Source of the DNA: Actinomycetes bacterium
GTDB taxonomy: Bacteria; Actinomycetota; Acidimicrobiia; Acidimicrobiales; Bog-793
DNA length: 64,000 bases
Assembly: GCA_021797795.1 (NCBI GenBank)
Contig: JAJZZB010000001.1
Span: forward strand, 10,775-74,774
Direction: 5' to 3'
Each line of letters opens with the position of its first letter. Position 1 is the first letter of the stretch. This document shows positions 23,001 to 33,288 of this stretch, piece by piece. Position numbers and translations under genes: made by a program. Under the pieces are notes generated by a model. It had not been told where the DNA came from, searched no databases, and saw only the letters and a list, made by a program, of their open reading frames with translations.

Positions 23001-25760
23001 GTGAGCCTTCGCTCCACGACCTCGCATCCTGCCGAGCTCGTGCTCGACGCCGTGCCCGACGCCCCGACCGCCGCCCGGCACTACGTGCGGGCGGCGCTCG
23101 CCGGCCTGTCCCAGGACACCCTCGAGTCGGCGCAGCTCATCGTCACCGAGCTGGTGGCGAACGCCTACCTCCACGGCGCCCCGCCGATCGTCGTGCGCCT
23201 CACCCGCTCGGACGGGCGGGCCCGTCTCGAGGTCGCCGACACCGGACACCTTCTCCCAGTCGAGACGCGACCGTCGCCGGAGTCGACGACAGGGCGCGGC
23301 CTCTCCCTCGTCGCTCAGCTGTCGTCGGCCTGGGGAGTCGATCTCGCTGCCGACGGAGGAAAGGTGGTGTGGGTCGAGCTCGGTGAGGCCTCCGACGCCG
23401 GGCCGCTCCCGAACGGGCCCCGGATGGACGTGCCGTCCATGCTGAACGCCCTCGCCCCGGACGCGTCGGTACCGCGCTACGTCGTCCGTCTCGGTTCGGT
23501 GCCCACCGAGCTCCTTGTCGAGGCCAAAGCCCACATGGACAACGTGGTGCGAGAGCTGCTCCTCATGCAGGCGGCCGAGTCGATCACCGGCGTCGAGCTC
23601 CCGGCTCCGATGGCAGAGCTGGCGGCGGTCGCCACCAGAGAGTTCGTCGAGGCACGCGCCGAGATCAAGCGCCAGGCACTGGCCGCCGCCGCGCGGGGCG
23701 AGGCCGTCACCGAGCTCGAGCTCCATCTCCCGCTCTCCGCCGCAGGTGCCGGTGAGCGGTACCTCGCCGCCCTCGACCAGGCCGACCGGTACGCGAGAGC
23801 GGCGCGACTGCTCACGCTGGCGCCGCCGCACTCCCACCGCCTGTTTCGTGAGTGGTACGTGCGTGCTCTCGTCGAGCAGCTGCGGGCGGCGGCCGCGGGA
23901 CAGGAGGTGCCGGTCCCGCGGCCCTTCCCGCAGCTCCTCGCCGAGGAGGCCGACCGCCTGTCGGTGTTCCAGGTCGCCTGGCACCGGCTCCAGCTGCTGC
24001 AGAAGGTGACGGCCGAGCTGACCGGCACGCGCTCGGTGCAGGAGATGGCCGAGGTCGTCACACGCGCGTCCGGCCAGCACCCGGGCGTCGTCTCGTCACG
24101 CGTCTACGTGCTCACCCGGGGGCGCATCCTCCGTTCGCTCGCCTTCAACGGCGAACCCTTCGAGGAGCGCCACTACGAGGAGTTCCTCCTCGGTGAGAAC
24201 CTCCCGGCGGCGGTGGTGGCCCGGACCGGCGTCCCCGAGTCGCTCCGGTCGCTCGCCGAGATCTACGAGCGGTTCCCGGCCCTCGACGGTTACTACCCCG
24301 ACGAGCGCAGCCTGCACGTGGTCCCCCTCGTCGTCGAAGGTCGTGTCATCGGCGTCTTCTCGCTCACCTTCGTCGGGGGCGAGATCAACGACGACGCCCA
24401 GGTCGCATTCGTCCACGCCGTCGGGAACGTCCTCTCCCACGCGCTCGGCCGAGCCCGCGCCGCCGAGCGGGCCGAGACCGAGCGGCAGCGGCGTCTGATG
24501 CTGCTCACGGCGCAGCTCGACGTGCTGACGGGAATCGTCGGCGGGCAGCCGCTCGTGGACGCCCTGGGCGCCCTGCTCGCCGCCGTCGAGGGGGTCTCCG
24601 CCGATGGCGTGCTTGCCTCGATTCTCCTCCTCTCCGAGGACGGCCTGCACCTGCAGCACGGGTCCGCCCCGAGCCTTCCCCGCTTCTACAACGCTGCGAT
24701 CGACGGTGTCGCCATCGGCCCGGCCGTCGGTTCCTGCGGGACCGCCGCCTACCGCCGCCGACGGGTGATCGTCGAGGACATCGCGACCGACGCCCTCTGG
24801 GCCGACTACCGGGAGCTGGCGGCATCCGCAGGGCTCCGGGCATGCTGGTCGACCCCGATCTTCGGTTCCCGTGGCCAGCTGCTCGGGACCTTCGCCATGT
24901 ACTACCGCCAGCCGCAGCGCCCCGCACCGGCAGATCTCGCTCTCGTCGACGTGCTGGTCCGTACTGTCGGGACCGCGATCGAGCGCTCGCGAGCCGACCA
25001 GGCACGCGAGCAGGCGATCGCCGCCGAGCGGGAGGCCGCCCTCGTCCTCCAAGAGAGCCTGGTCCCGGCGGTCCCTGCGTCCCTCGGTCCGGTCGCCCTC
25101 GAGGCCCGCTACCGCGCGGGCGACCCCGGTGTCCAGGTGGGCGGCGACTGGTTCGACGCGGTCGACGGCCCGAACGGGACGGTGCTCGTCGTCGGCGACG
25201 TGCAGGGCCACGACCTGAACGCCGCCGCGGTGATGGGCCAGCTCCGCACCGTCGCCCGGGCGGCAGCCGGCGAAGGCCAGTCGCCTGGTGCCATCCTCGC
25301 CAGCATCAACCGCTACCTCGAGCGTCTCGACTCCGACCTCCTCGCGACGGCCGTGGTCGTCCGGCTGGAGGACGACCAGGGTACGGCCACGATGGCGAGC
25401 GCCGGCCACCTGCCGCCGGTGCTCGTTCGAAGGGGGGTGTCGGGTGCCTGGCAGGCAGAGGAGGTCGTCGCCAAGACCGGCCTTCCTCTCTCGATCGGCC
25501 ACTCCTGGCCCGAGAGCGCGACCGTCCTCCCGGCCGACAGCGTGCTCCTCCTCTACACAGACGGCCTCGTCGAGACACGCTTCTGGGCTCTCGACGAGGG
25601 GCTCGGCATGCTGTGCTCCGTCCTCGAAGCCCTGCCGCCCGACGCTGGGCTCACCGAAGTCCTCGACGCCGCCCTCGACCTGCTGCCCACCGGGTCCCGC
25701 GGCGACGATGTGGCGGTCCTCGCCGCCTCGAGGTCGGGGGTCCCCGCCGTCGCCCCGTGA
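23001..25760 (+). CDS. multidomain regulator: RsbW-like HATPase_c + GAF domains + PP2C/SpoIIE phosphatase
   Basis: N-terminus TELVANAYLHG...GRGLSLVAQLSSAWGV...GKVVWVEL. The middle region is GAF-like. The C-terminus carries PP2C motifs GGDWFD, VVGDVQGHD, YTDGLVE. Confidence 0.8.
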   Translation: MSLRSTTSHPAELVLDAVPDAPTAARHYVRAALAGLSQDTLESAQLIVTELVANAYLHGAPPIVVRLTRSDGRARLEVADTGHLLPVETRPSPESTTGRGLSLVAQLSSAWGVDLAADGGKVVWVELGEASDAGPLPNGPRMDVPSMLNALAPDASVPRYVVRLGSVPTELLVEAKAHMDNVVRELLLMQAAESITGVELPAPMAELAAVATREFVEARAEIKRQALAAAARGEAVTELELHLPLSAAGAGERYLAALDQADRYARAARLLTLAPPHSHRLFREWYVRALVEQLRAAAAGQEVPVPRPFPQLLAEEADRLSVFQVAWHRLQLLQKVTAELTGTRSVQEMAEVVTRASGQHPGVVSSRVYVLTRGRILRSLAFNGEPFEERHYEEFLLGENLPAAVVARTGVPESLRSLAEIYERFPALDGYYPDERSLHVVPLVVEGRVIGVFSLTFVGGEINDDAQVAFVHAVGNVLSHALGRARAAERAETERQRRLMLLTAQLDVLTGIVGGQPLVDALGALLAAVEGVSADGVLASILLLSEDGLHLQHGSAPSLPRFYNAAIDGVAIGPAVGSCGTAAYRRRRVIVEDIATDALWADYRELAASAGLRACWSTPIFGSRGQLLGTFAMYYRQPQRPAPADLALVDVLVRTVGTAIERSRADQAREQAIAAEREAALVLQESLVPAVPASLGPVALEARYRAGDPGVQVGGDWFDAVDGPNGTVLVVGDVQGHDLNAAAVMGQLRTVARAAAGEGQSPGAILASINRYLERLDSDLLATAVVVRLEDDQGTATMASAGHLPPVLVRRGVSGAWQAEEVVAKTGLPLSIGHSWPESATVLPADSVLLLYTDGLVETRFWALDEGLGMLCSVLEALPPDAGLTEVLDAALDLLPTGSRGDDVAVLAASRSGVPAVAP

Positions 25761-26342
25761 TCACCGCCCGGTGGCGGCGTGGCCGGCGAGCGGATGGCGG
25801 AACGTGAGGCGGGCCTCACCTGGGCAGCGCGGGTAGGCGTCCGCCTCGATCGCGCGCAGTTCGCAGCCCACCTCGACGTAGAAGTGGAATGCCGCGACGT
25901 TCACGTCCTGCGTCTCGACCTCGAGACCTCGCCAGCCGGCGGCCGCCACCAGGCCGGCGGCCGCCTCGAACAGCGCCCGGCCGATACCCGCGCCTCGATT
26001 CTCGGGCCGGACTCGCAGGTCGTGGAGGATGGCCGCCCCGGCCCCGGCCGGCGGTGGGGTGACGACAGCCCCCCCGACGCGCCGGTGCCCGGCGAGGGCG
26101 GCGAGCACACGCCAGGAGGAGACGTCATGGTGCGCGGGCCACGAGGCCGGGGCGTTTCCCTCGATCGCGTCGTAGTCCTTCCACCACGCATCGGCGACAG
26201 GGCGCTCCTCGAGCCCGAGCCCGCCGAGGCAGCCGGCACGGACCACGGGCACGAGGACCCGCCGGACGAGAAAGGCGCTCGGCACCTCGCCGTAGGCCTC
26301 GAGATCAGGCGGGCGCTCTTCGACGATGTCGAGCTGGCCCAC
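25761..26342 (-). CDS. GNAT family N-acetyltransferase
   Basis: LRVRPENRGAGIGRALFEAA (acetyl-CoA binding Q/RxxGxG/A motif). Start GTG 26342. The upstream part of ORF 25761..26882 overlaps the next gene antisense. Confidence 0.75.
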   Translation of the reverse strand: MGQLDIVEERPPDLEAYGEVPSAFLVRRVLVPVVRAGCLGGLGLEERPVADAWWKDYDAIEGNAPASWPAHHDVSSWRVLAALAGHRRVGGAVVTPPPAGAGAAILHDLRVRPENRGAGIGRALFEAAAGLVAAAGWRGLEVETQDVNVAAFHFYVEVGCELRAIEADAYPRCPGEARLTFRHPLAGHAATGR

Positions 26343-26450
26343 TCGACCTCCCGCCGGTGCCGACCCCCTGTGCGCCGCGAGCCTCACGACGGTCCCATCC
26401 CTTCGAAGCCAGCCCCCAGCCGGCTCGTGCGCGCCAGCTACCGTGAGGCT

Positions 26451-26924
26451 ATGCCCGGCATCCACCCTCTTGTCGAGCCCGTCGCCTTCCTCCTCGGCGA
26501 GTGGGAGGGCGGTGGCGAGAGGCTCTGGCCTGGCGGCTTCTCGTTCACCGACCACCTCCGGTTCACGACCGACGGCCGCCCGCTCGTCGAGTACCGCCAG
26601 ACGACAGCGACGCCCGAGGGCACCCCCTCTCACGGCGAGGTCGGCTACCTCCTGTTGAAGCCGGGTGGCACGGCCCACATGACCGTCGCCCAGCCGTCCG
26701 GCATCACCGAGACGCTCGAGGGAAGCGTCCTCGAGGGCGTCCTCTCCCTCTGCTCGGTCGAGATCGGCCGCACTCCGGGAGCCAAGGCTGTGACCGCCAG
26801 CGAGCGGCGCCTCTCGCTTCGCGACGGAGTGCTCATCGCAGAGCTCGCCATCGCCATGAACGGCGAGCCGCTCGCACCCCACACCCGCTCGCAGCTGCAG
26901 CGGACCCTGCGCACCGAGACCTGA
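26451..26924 (+). CDS. FABP/nitrobindin-like beta-barrel protein (DUF1794-type)
   Basis: N-terminal LVEPVAFLLGEWEGGGE motif and a beta-rich 157-aa sequence. ATG 26451. Confidence 0.7.
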   Translation: MPGIHPLVEPVAFLLGEWEGGGERLWPGGFSFTDHLRFTTDGRPLVEYRQTTATPEGTPSHGEVGYLLLKPGGTAHMTVAQPSGITETLEGSVLEGVLSLCSVEIGRTPGAKAVTASERRLSLRDGVLIAELAIAMNGEPLAPHTRSQLQRTLRTET

Positions 26925-26983
26925 CCGGTTACGGTGGGCGGCCGTGCCGTCGACCAGTCGCTCGCCCGTCTGCGGGCTGGATC

Positions 26984-28492
26984 GTGCCTGAGCTCGATCC
27001 GAGCTTTCTCGCTCTCCCGCTCGACGCCCTGAGCACGGCCGGCCTCGAGGCGGCCGCAGCCCGCGGCTGCGAGCACGCAGAGGTGCGGACTGAGCGCGTC
27101 CGATCCCAGCTGCTCCGCCTCCGCGACGGGCAGCTCGAGACCTCCGTTGACGAGACCGAGCTCGGCTCGGCGTGCCGGGTCGTCCGGGACGGCTCGTTCG
27201 GCTTCGCGGCCACCGTCGAGCTCAGCGTCGACGCAGTGGCCGCCGCCGCCAACCAGGCGACGGAGGCCGCCGAGGTGACCAAGGACGCGCTCCGGCGTCG
27301 CCTCGAGCTCGCCCCCGAGCCCTCCCATGGCCGCGTGGAGTGGGTCTCCTCCTACGAGGTCGACCCGACGACGGTCGGCCTCGAGGAGAAGGTGGCGCTG
27401 CTCGGGGAGTGGAGCCGACGACTGCTCGCCGCAGACGGCGTCGACCACGTGACGGCGTCGCTTCTCTCGGTCGTCGAGGACAGCCATTACGCCGATTCGA
27501 ACGGGACGGTCGCCCTGCAGCGGCGGGTTCGCGTCTATCCCGTGCTCGAGGCGCTCTCGGTCGACCCGGACTCCGGCGAGTTCGAGACGATGGAGACGCT
27601 GGCCCCACCCGTCGGACGGGGTTACGAGTATCTCTGCGGGACAGGCTGGGACTTCGAGGGCGAGCTCGCCGTCCTGCCGGAGCACCTCTCGGAGAAGCGC
27701 CGGGCCCCGAGCGTGGAGCCCGGCCGCTACGACCTCGTCATCGACCCGACGAACCTGTGGCTCACGATCCACGAGTCGATCGGCCACGCCACCGAGCTCG
27801 ACAGGGTGATGGGCTACGAGGCGGCCATGGCGGGCACCTCATTCGCCACCTTCGACCGGCTCGGCTCGCTCCACTACGGCTCGGAGGTGATGCACGTCTC
27901 GGGCGACCGCACCGTCGAGCATGGTCTGGCCTCGATCGCGATCGACGACGAGGGCGTCGCGGCCGGGTCGTTCGACCTCATCGTCGGCGGCGTCCTCCAG
28001 GGCTACCAGCTCGACCGTCGCATCGCGAGGGAGATGGGCTTCGAGCGCTCGAACGGGTGCGCATACGCCGCAGGCCCGCTGTACGCGCCAATCCAGCGCA
28101 TGGCGAACGTCTCGCTGCAGCCCGCTGCCTCGGGCGACCCCTCGGTGGAGGACCTCGTCGCCGGGGTGGAGCGGGGCATCTACGTCGTCGGCAACAAGAG
28201 CTGGTCGATCGACATGCAGCGCTACAACTTCCAGTTCACCGGTCAGCGCTTCTTCGCCATCGAGCAGGGCCGGCTCGCCGGGCAGCTGCGTGACGTCGCC
28301 TACCAGGCGACCACGACCGACTTCTGGGGCTCGATGGAGGCGGTCGGAGGGCCCTCCACCTACCTGCTCGCCGGTTCGTTCAACTGTGGCAAGGGCCAGC
28401 CGATGCAGAGCGCGCCGGTGAGCCACGGCTGCCCGGCCGCACTCTTCCGGCAGGTCAACGTGCTCAACACGAGAGCCGAGGCGGGGCGATGA
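26984..28492 (+). CDS. tldD: TldD family metalloprotease
   Basis: GTG 26984. HESIGHATELD (HExxxH-type) and a C-terminal GxC motif FNCGKGQP. Confidence 0.85.
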   Translation: MPELDPSFLALPLDALSTAGLEAAAARGCEHAEVRTERVRSQLLRLRDGQLETSVDETELGSACRVVRDGSFGFAATVELSVDAVAAAANQATEAAEVTKDALRRRLELAPEPSHGRVEWVSSYEVDPTTVGLEEKVALLGEWSRRLLAADGVDHVTASLLSVVEDSHYADSNGTVALQRRVRVYPVLEALSVDPDSGEFETMETLAPPVGRGYEYLCGTGWDFEGELAVLPEHLSEKRRAPSVEPGRYDLVIDPTNLWLTIHESIGHATELDRVMGYEAAMAGTSFATFDRLGSLHYGSEVMHVSGDRTVEHGLASIAIDDEGVAAGSFDLIVGGVLQGYQLDRRIAREMGFERSNGCAYAAGPLYAPIQRMANVSLQPAASGDPSVEDLVAGVERGIYVVGNKSWSIDMQRYNFQFTGQRFFAIEQGRLAGQLRDVAYQATTTDFWGSMEAVGGPSTYLLAGSFNCGKGQPMQSAPVSHGCPAALFRQVNVLNTRAEAGR

Positions 28493-29877
28493 GCGGCGGG
28501 CTCCTTCCCGCCGGGGAGCTCGCCGAGCGGGCGCTCGAGGGCGCACCGGCCGGCGGCCGCATCGCCATCGTGGAGGAGCTCTCCGAGGCGGAGCTCCGCT
28601 ATGCCAACAACACCGTGACGACGAACGGCGTGCGCCAGAGCCGGGTGGTCACGGTCATCAGCTTCGACGCACGGCCCGACGGAGTGGCGGCGGGGGTCGC
28701 CACCGGCAGCGGCGCCCTCGACCTCGACGGTCTCGTGACGGCCGCCGACGCCGGAGCGGCCAGCTCGCCCCTGGCAGAGGACGCCTCCCCGCTCGTCACA
28801 GGCGACGCCGCCCCGGACTTCCACGACGGGCCCGGGCGCACGAGGCTCCAGCAGCTGGCCCCGGTGATCGCCGGCCTGCCGGAGCTGTTCGGGCGGGCCG
28901 AGGCAGAGGGACGGGTCATCGCCGGCTTCGCCCATCACCGCGTGCGGACGACCTACCTGGCCTCGACGACCGGGCTCCGGGCGCGCCACGTCGACCCGGG
29001 CGGCCGGGTGGAGCTCGTCGGCCGGTCCGTCGACGGCACACGATCGGCGTGGGCCGGCGCCGGTACCAACCTCTTCGACGACGTCGACCTCGCCGCGCTC
29101 GAAACGCGGCTCGTGCGCGGCCTCGGCTGGGCGCGCCGGCGGGTCGAGCTCCCCGCCGGCCGCTACGAGACGGTCATGCCCGGTGACGCCGTCGCCGACC
29201 TCGTGACGATGTTCGAGGGCCATGCCTCGGGCAAGGATGCCGAGGAGGGGGGGAGCGTCTTCTCGGGCCCGGGCGGCGGCACCCGCATCGGGGACAGGCT
29301 CTGCCAGCTCGGCTTCGAGCTGCGGAGCGATCCCGCCGACCCGGTGGTGCCGACCATGCCCTTCGTCGCCACGGCGGCTTCGCAGGCGGACATCTCCGTC
29401 TTCGACAACGGGGCGCCCATCCCACCGGTGAGGTGGTTGTCGGGCGGCGTCCTCGAGCGCCTGCGATACCACCGCGCCGGCGCCAGGCGCTCGGCGCAGG
29501 CCTTCACGCCCGACGTCGGGAACCTCGTCCTCGAGCTGCCCGGCGCAGACGGCGGCCTGGACGACCTGATCGGCCGTACCGAGCGCGGCCTGCTCGTCAC
29601 GTGCCTGTGGTACATCCGGACAGTCGACCCGGCGACGCTGCTGCTCACCGGGCTCACCCGCGACGGCGTCTACCTCGTCGAGGGCGGCGAGGTCGTGGGC
29701 GCCGTCAACAACTTCCGCTTCAACGAGAGCCCCGTCGACCTCCTCGCCAAGGCGCTCGAGGCCGGGCGCACCGAGCGCGCGCTGTCCCGGGAGTGGTCCG
29801 AGTGGTACACCCGCACCCGCATGCCACCGCTCAGGGTCGCCGAGTTCAACATGAGCTCGGTGAGCCCGGCCACCTGA
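28489..29877 (+). CDS. PmbA/TldE family protein (TldD partner)
   Basis: ATGA overlap with tldD. PmbA_TldD fold features ([23 protein letters not shown]). Confidence 0.8.
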   Translation: MSGGLLPAGELAERALEGAPAGGRIAIVEELSEAELRYANNTVTTNGVRQSRVVTVISFDARPDGVAAGVATGSGALDLDGLVTAADAGAASSPLAEDASPLVTGDAAPDFHDGPGRTRLQQLAPVIAGLPELFGRAEAEGRVIAGFAHHRVRTTYLASTTGLRARHVDPGGRVELVGRSVDGTRSAWAGAGTNLFDDVDLAALETRLVRGLGWARRRVELPAGRYETVMPGDAVADLVTMFEGHASGKDAEEGGSVFSGPGGGTRIGDRLCQLGFELRSDPADPVVPTMPFVATAASQADISVFDNGAPIPPVRWLSGGVLERLRYHRAGARRSAQAFTPDVGNLVLELPGADGGLDDLIGRTERGLLVTCLWYIRTVDPATLLLTGLTRDGVYLVEGGEVVGAVNNFRFNESPVDLLAKALEAGRTERALSREWSEWYTRTRMPPLRVAEFNMSSVSPAT

Positions 29878-29896
29878 CGCCTCCGAGGAGAGACCC

Positions 29897-30640
29897 GTGA
29901 CGTCGTCGCTGACGTTTCTTGGCACCGGCAACTTCCTTGCCCCTCCCGGCCGCTACTGGAACAGCTTCCTCGTCGAAACGGAGGCTCTCAGCGTCCTCGT
30001 CGAGCCCTCGCCGACGGCGCTCCCGAACCTGCGCCGGGCAGGCGGCAGCGCAGCCGACCTTGACGTCGTGATGATCTCCCACTTCCATCCGGACCACACC
30101 TTCGGCTGGCCCTTCTTGCTCCTCGAGCTCGCCGAGTCGCAGCGCTCCGAGCCGCTCGTGGTCGCCGGGCCTCCCGGCGTCGAGGCGTTCCTCTCCGAGA
30201 TGATGCAGCTCGGCTCGCTGACCGGCATCGAGGACGAGGCGCGCCACCACCCGGGGCTCGCCTTCGTCGAGGCCGACCCGTCCTCGACCGGGCAGTCGGC
30301 CGGGCCCCTGGCCTTCTCGGCGGTGAGGGTCGAGCACGTCCCGGAGCTCTCCTGCTTCGGCTACCTGCTGGAGCTCGGCGGTCACGCCCTCGGCTACACC
30401 GGGGACGTCCATCCGTGCCCCGGGCTCGACGAGCTTGCCGGGCGCGCCGACACGCTGGTCGTCGAGTGTGCCGCGATGCACGCCTCGCGCTCGCACATGG
30501 ACGTCGCCTCGTTGCGGTCGCTCGCCGAGCGCTTCCCCTCCTGCAGGATGGTCGCCACCCACCTCGGCGGGGAGGTCGAGGCGGCGATGCTGCCCGGGGT
30601 CGAGGTCCCCGACGACTTCTCCCGGATCGAGCTCGCTTGA
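29897..30640 (+). CDS. MBL-fold metallo-hydrolase
   Basis: ISHFHPDHTFG (HxHxDH) motif. Confidence 0.75.
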   Translation: MTSSLTFLGTGNFLAPPGRYWNSFLVETEALSVLVEPSPTALPNLRRAGGSAADLDVVMISHFHPDHTFGWPFLLLELAESQRSEPLVVAGPPGVEAFLSEMMQLGSLTGIEDEARHHPGLAFVEADPSSTGQSAGPLAFSAVRVEHVPELSCFGYLLELGGHALGYTGDVHPCPGLDELAGRADTLVVECAAMHASRSHMDVASLRSLAERFPSCRMVATHLGGEVEAAMLPGVEVPDDFSRIELA

Positions 30641-30761
30641 GCTCGGGGCCGGCCTGGGACGGATCTGGTCGTGCCGGGTAGATTCATGACACCGCCGGCT
30701 GGCGGCGGCACGGCAGCGAGGCAGGGCAAACGGGCCGCTCGAGGATGGGACCCCGCATTCG

Positions 30762-31538
30762 ATGATCGAGCTGAACTGGGGCGCCGTCACCGACACCGGA
30801 CTAGTACGACGGCACAACGAGGATTCGCTGCTCGCCGAGCCGCCCGTCTTCGCCGTCGCCGACGGCATGGGAGGCCACGCTGCCGGCGACGTCGCCAGCG
30901 CGATGACCATCGACGAGCTTCGGCGACTGGTCGGCCGCGACGACCTCACCCGCGGCGACGTCGAGACGGCGGTCTCGGCCGCCAACTCGGCAGTGCTCGC
31001 CAGCAGTCTCACGACCCGCTCCATGCGGGGCATGGGGACGACCCTCGTCGGCATGGTCCTCGTCGTCGACGACGGCTGCCGCCGCTGGCTCGCGTTCAAC
31101 GTCGGCGACTCACGCCTGTACCGCTTCGCCGGGGGGACGCTCTCCCAGGTCTCCCATGACCACTCCGAGGTGCAGGAGATGCTCGACGAGGGAGCCATCA
31201 GCGAGGAGGAGGCCCGGGTGGCGGCCAACCGGAACATCGTGACGAAGGCGATCGGGACCGAGAGCGGTGCCGACGCGGACTACTTCCTCCTCGACGCGCT
31301 CGGCGGGGAGCGCTTCCTCATCTGCTCCGACGGGCTCACGAACGAGCTCGAGGACGACGCCCTCGCCGCCGACCTCGGCGCGGGCGAGGACGCGTCGGCG
31401 ACCGCCCGCCTGCTCACCGAGCACGCCCTTCGCGCCGGCGGGCGGGACAACGTCACCGTCGTCGTCGTCGACGTCGTCTCGAACGACTCGGGCGGCGACG
31501 GGAAGCCATCCGAGAGCGAGGCGGCCGGGGTTGACTGA
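30762..31538 (+). CDS. PP2C-family Ser/Thr protein phosphatase
   Basis: TDTGLVRRHNEDS, VADGMGGHAAGDVAS, ICSDGLT, GGRDNVTVVVVD. Confidence 0.85.
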   Translation: MIELNWGAVTDTGLVRRHNEDSLLAEPPVFAVADGMGGHAAGDVASAMTIDELRRLVGRDDLTRGDVETAVSAANSAVLASSLTTRSMRGMGTTLVGMVLVVDDGCRRWLAFNVGDSRLYRFAGGTLSQVSHDHSEVQEMLDEGAISEEEARVAANRNIVTKAIGTESGADADYFLLDALGGERFLICSDGLTNELEDDALAADLGAGEDASATARLLTEHALRAGGRDNVTVVVVDVVSNDSGGDGKPSESEAAGVD

Positions 31539-31542
31539 CACG

Positions 31543-32391
31543 ATGCCCGTCGCCTTCATCGGGCACGGCTCGCCGATGAACGCTCTCGAGGACAACCGCT
31601 ACACCGAGTCCTGGCACGCCTTGGCCGCCGCCCTCCCCCGCCCCCGGGCGGTGCTCGTCGTCTCGGCCCACTGGTACATCAACGCGACGGCGGTGACCGC
31701 CATGGCGCGGCCGCGGACGATCCACGACTTCTACGGCTTCCCGCCCGAGCTCTTCGCCCTCGACTACCCGGCGCCGGGCGATCCCGAGATCGCCGAGGAG
31801 ATCGTCGAGGCGGTGAAGCCGGAGTGGATCGGCCTCGACGTCGACAGCTGGGGCCTCGACCATGGGACCTGGTCGGTGCTCCGCCACCTCTTCCCCGAGG
31901 CGGACGTGCCGGTCGTCCAGCTCTCGATCAACGCCTTCAAGCCGCTCGGGTACCACCTCGAGCTCGGCGCCAGGCTTGCACCGCTGCGCCGGGCGGGTGT
32001 GCTCATCCTTGGGAGCGGCAACGTCGTCCACAATCTCGGAGCGCTCCGCTTCGAGATCGGCGAGCACGCCTTCGACTGGGCCGGGCGCTTCGACGACTCC
32101 GTGCGAGAGCTCATGGAGACCGAGCCGGGCGACATCTTGAAGAGCCGGGAGCGCGCCGAGTTCCGCCTCGCCGTCCCGACGCCGGACCACTTCGTCCCTC
32201 TCCTGTACCTGGCAGCGCTCGCCGCCGAGGCCGGCGAGCGCTGCGACGTCCTCGTCGACGGTGCGCTCGGCGGGTCGCTCACCATGACCGCCTACGTCGC
32301 CGGGAGCGATGTCGCCGCCTCGGGGCACAGCCCGACCGCAGCCTCGGTCCCGCCCTGGCCGGCCGCACCCGCCGATCAGGCCGGCCTGTGA
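31543..32391 (+). CDS. LigB-family extradiol dioxygenase (4,5-DOPA dioxygenase/YgiD-like)
   Basis: ATG 31543. MPVAFIGHGSPMNALEDN, VVSAHW, GLDHGTWSVL. Confidence 0.8.
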   Translation: MPVAFIGHGSPMNALEDNRYTESWHALAAALPRPRAVLVVSAHWYINATAVTAMARPRTIHDFYGFPPELFALDYPAPGDPEIAEEIVEAVKPEWIGLDVDSWGLDHGTWSVLRHLFPEADVPVVQLSINAFKPLGYHLELGARLAPLRRAGVLILGSGNVVHNLGALRFEIGEHAFDWAGRFDDSVRELMETEPGDILKSRERAEFRLAVPTPDHFVPLLYLAALAAEAGERCDVLVDGALGGSLTMTAYVAGSDVAASGHSPTAASVPPWPAAPADQAGL

Positions 32392-32410
32392 GCGGTGCCG
32401 TGGGGCCACG

Positions 32411-33244
32411 GTGAAGGTCCGCTTCGCCGTCTCGCCGGGACCCGGTCCCTACGACTCCGGGCGCTTCGGCGCCTTCGTGGACGGGCTCGAGGCAGGCGGC
32501 TTCGACACCATGTGGTTCTCCGACATCCCGCTCGGCGACGAGGTCGAACCGATCGTCGGGCTGGCGCTCGCCGCCGAGCGCACGGCGCGTCTGATGCTCG
32601 GGGCCAACCTCGTCCCCATCGGGCGAAGCCCCGTCCAGCTCGCGAAACAGCTGGTGCAGCTGCAAGAGGCGCCGGGCGGACGGATCCTGCTCAGCCTCGT
32701 CCCGGGAACCGGGTCGGCACCCGAGCGAGCGGCGCTCGGCCTCGGCCGGGCGAGCCGCTCAGCCGCCTTCGAGGCGGCCGTCGCCGCGCTGCGCCGGGCG
32801 TGGGACACGGGCGCGGGCGGCGCTCGCCGGCCGCTCGAGCTCTGGCTCGGCGGCCACGGACCCCGGGCTCTCGAGCGGGCGGGGCGTCTCGGCGACGGCT
32901 GGCTCGGCGCCGCCATGACGCCCGAGGAGGCGGCGGCGGCCGTCGCCCGGATCACTGCAGCGGCGGCGTCAGCGGGCAGGTGGATCGACCCGGAGCACTT
33001 CGGCATGTCGATCCCCTATGCCCGCGACGACCCCGGGCCCGGGGCCTTCGAGGCACTCGCCTCCCGGCGCCCGGACGCCGATCCGCGCGAGCTCCTCCCG
33101 GTCGGCTCGAAGGCTGTTCACCGCCTCCTCGACGGCTACCTCGAAGCCGGCTGCTCGAAGTTCGTCCTCCGGCCGGTGGGGGTGGTCGATCTCGACGACG
33201 AGCTCGACTGGCTGGCGAGGACGGTGCTCCCCCGCCAGAGCTGA
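32411..33244 (+). CDS. LLM-class (luciferase-like) flavin/F420-dependent oxidoreductase
   Basis: GTG 32411. GFDTMWFSD and a TIM-barrel LLM-like pattern. Confidence 0.7.
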   Translation: MKVRFAVSPGPGPYDSGRFGAFVDGLEAGGFDTMWFSDIPLGDEVEPIVGLALAAERTARLMLGANLVPIGRSPVQLAKQLVQLQEAPGGRILLSLVPGTGSAPERAALGLGRASRSAAFEAAVAALRRAWDTGAGGARRPLELWLGGHGPRALERAGRLGDGWLGAAMTPEEAAAAVARITAAAASAGRWIDPEHFGMSIPYARDDPGPGAFEALASRRPDADPRELLPVGSKAVHRLLDGYLEAGCSKFVLRPVGVVDLDDELDWLARTVLPRQS

Positions 33245-33288
33245 CGGTGACCCTGGACAGATGTCCAGGGTGGTGGTTGACTCCCGCC

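Noticed and set aside
28360-29931. 523-aa minus-strand ORF.
   Set aside because: It is antisense to the PmbA/TldE gene, and no motifs were found.
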